From NCBI GenBank assembly GCA_965178125.1, contig OZ237757.1, positions 558,001-622,000 of the forward strand: a DNA stretch of 64,000 nucleotides, read 5' to 3'. Below the pieces are notes generated by a model, which had not been told where the DNA came from, ran no database searches, and was given only the letters and a program-made list of their open reading frames with translations. Source of the stretch: Bilabrum cf. latius (lineage: Eukaryota). Below, piece by piece: positions 63,901 to 64,000 of the stretch. Position 1 is the first letter of the stretch. Each line of letters starts with the position of its first letter. A program made the position numbers and the translations under genes.

Positions 63901-64000
63901 TCCGATGCAACCGGAGGTATCGACACCCATGATGCCGAGATTTCCGGCACCTCGTACAGTCTCGTGGCTTGTGTGAGCGAATTCAACCTTCCATTGGTAG
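48928..64000 (-). CDS. Giant fibronectin type III repeat protein, >5,000 aa (5' end outside window)
   Basis: More than twenty track ORFs in one frame, broken only by TAG. Repeated W..P..DGGS.I..Y...W and YYVRV.A.N..G.G FN3 motifs interleave with EVQ-initiated / W.VTF...GDV repeats. Stop TGA 48928. Confidence 0.9.

Noticed and set aside
1-64000. Mass pseudogenisation as the cause of the broken ORFs
   Set aside because: Interruptions are exclusively TAG with no frameshifts over 10-15 kb frames, and they affect conserved housekeeping genes.
1-64000. Ciliate-type code (both TAA and TAG = Gln)
   Set aside because: No in-frame TAA was found inside any gene, and two genes end at TAA.
1-64000. TAGs as 3' splice sites of many tiny introns, or as pyrrolysine codons
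   Set aside because: Motifs run continuously through the TAG with no matching donors, tandem TAG-TAG occurs (47398, 62338), and the positions match Gln.
1-64000. tRNA-Gln(CUA) or release factor gene explaining the code
   Set aside because: None recognised by eye in this window. A tRNA scan of the whole genome is needed.

Overview
Gene-dense, intron-poor eukaryotic (protist) nuclear DNA that does not use the standard genetic code. TAG behaves as a sense codon, best read as Gln, while TGA and TAA remain stops. The fragmented ORF track collapses into 14 continuous genes once TAG is read through, and these end in TGA (12) or TAA (2), never TAG. The genes are a MACPF-domain protein, two beta-propeller-like paralogues, an orphan copy of the MACPF C-terminal module, ATP23, ESF1, an amino-acid transporter, an ankyrin protein, a ~3,540-aa DmX/Rav1-like protein, an STK16/Env7-like kinase, two unknown proteins, a ~4,240-aa FMP27/BLTP2-like protein and a >5,000-aa FN3-repeat protein. 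The first 10.5 kb is a ~4.2-kb tandem array. One MACPF gene is followed by MACPF-less C-terminal modules that share a junction segment, and the first two units each carry an opposite-strand propeller-like gene with hypervariable patches, resembling a polymorphic toxin/partner cassette system. All family calls come from motif recognition by eye, not from database searches. A stramenopile-like origin is only an inference.
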